A stretch of DNA of 64,000 nucleotides from an uncultured Verrucomicrobiae bacterium. GTDB taxonomy: Bacteria; Verrucomicrobiota; Verrucomicrobiia; Limisphaerales; Palsa-1400. The notes below the pieces were generated by a model. The model saw only the letters and a program-made list of their open reading frames with translations. It was not told where the DNA came from and searched no databases. The position numbers and the translations under genes are program-made. Each line of letters begins with the position of its first letter. Positions within the stretch are counted from its first letter, which is position 1. The stretch is from positions 1,088,001 through 1,152,000 of the forward strand of contig OY969763.1 of NCBI GenBank assembly GCA_963702845.1, read 5' to 3'. Of the stretch, positions 63,141 through 64,000 are shown piece by piece.

Positions 63141-63844
63141 ATGAAACCAATCCGTTCCATCATTACTTCGATCGCAGTCACGGCACTCGTCTTGATACTG
63201 CCGTTAAGCGCCCAAGCTGGAAATCTGATCGTGGACCCTGGCTTCGAACATCAAACGCCCCCCGACGCTGGAGGGTGGATCCTTTTTGGCGGTCAGTTTA
63301 CAAACAATTTTGCGCGATCGGGCAATGGGTCCATGTTAGTCGCGGGCGCCAACAATGCCCCGGGGACCTTCCAACAGTTCCCTGCGGCACCTGGCTCCAA
63401 ATGGCAGATGACGGGCTACGGGATGACTCCTGTTCCATTTTTTAGCCCGGCATTCGGCTTCATTCAGGTTACGTTCTTCGATATTTTGGGGAATGATTTG
63501 GGTACGGTTGAGACCACAGGCAATCCCTTTCCGGCGCAAACGTCGGGGCCCGTGGATCAAACCAGCAAGCCCGGCGAGTGGCTTTTCCTCGATACCGGAA
63601 CTGCAACGGCTCCCACGGGCACAGCCTATATTCAAGCCTTCACGCTCCTCGTCGAATCCAGCGGCAATTTTCAGGGCGTGTATTTTGACGATATTAATCT
63701 CCAGGTTCTGGAGGCCAACCATGGACAATATGTTTCCTCAATCGCACGTAATGCCGCGAAGCTGAAACGAGACGGACTAATCACCGCGATCAAGCAGCCA
63801 CGATGATCAGTGCCGCGGCCTTGTCCAGTGGTGGCTCGAAATAA
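63141..63844 (+). CDS. Secreted protein with a CBM-like beta-sandwich and an NHGQYVS C-terminal helical domain (apparent frameshift at ~63788)
   Basis: Signal peptide and NLIVDPGFE...W...YFDDI. After ITA the other frame continues DQAATMISAAALSSGGSK* to 63844. Confidence 0.7.
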
Positions 63845-63870
63845 TCGTTTCAGTGTCATCACTATTTTCA

Positions 63871-63917
63871 GTGTCAGTTCTCACTATTTAAACTTATTGA
63901 CAGTTTCTCAGAAGCTT
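63871..63917 (+). repeat. Second copy of the transposase left end
   Basis: GTGTCAGTTCTCACTATTTAAACttattgACAGTTTCTCAGAAGCTT nearly matches 57393-57438. A partial duplicate CAGTGTCATCACTATTT lies just upstream. Confidence 0.88.
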
Positions 63918-64000
63918 GAAAAAGGGGGCACCCATTAGGGCACTGTGTCAAGAAGGCGGAACGTTTCTGCCCTCAATTGTATTTTAAATCGAGTTTCTAT

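Noticed and set aside
57393..63917. Recurring 14-55 bp repeats read as a CRISPR array
   Set aside because: Spacing is ~0.9-3.6 kb, orientations are mixed, whole genes lie between copies and there are no cas genes.
57393..63917. Classical integron (IntI/attC)
   Set aside because: There is no tyrosine recombinase, the repeats lack the RYYYAAC...GTTRRRY attC structure, and the adjacent enzyme is a HUH Y1 transposase.

Overview
This is a chromosomal window from a bacterium that looks like Verrucomicrobiota (Pedosphaera/Limisphaera-like). That placement is inferred from the gene repertoire: exosortase/EpsI, DUF1549/DUF1553, prepilin-type DUF1559-like proteins, DUF1080 and Thr/Asn-rich secreted beta-helix proteins. 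Core genes are yajC (partial), tig, an S10 operon that stops after four genes (rpsJ-rplC-rplD-rplW), hpf, recF, rfbA and mnmE. They are interspersed with an OmpR/histidine kinase pair, a CsgG-like three-gene cluster, a decaheme cytochrome-LVIVD fusion and many secreted proteins. From about 48.4 kb to the end lies an accessory island with a large secreted protein, a signal-peptide-bearing Rhs toxin (GIY-YIG-like tip) with an Imm26-like immunity gene, and a RAYT/Y1 HUH transposase. The transposase is bracketed by a perfect 20-bp inverted repeat whose copies recur between unrelated downstream genes, resembling a transposase-associated gene-cassette array; this is the best candidate for a novel system. 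A second notable feature is a REP-like palindrome that itself encodes the predicted signal peptide of the decaheme cytochrome. About nine apparent single-base frameshifts in otherwise intact genes most likely reflect long-read indel errors. I recognised no rRNA, tRNA or CRISPR array. All family assignments are from motif recognition by eye; no database searches were run.
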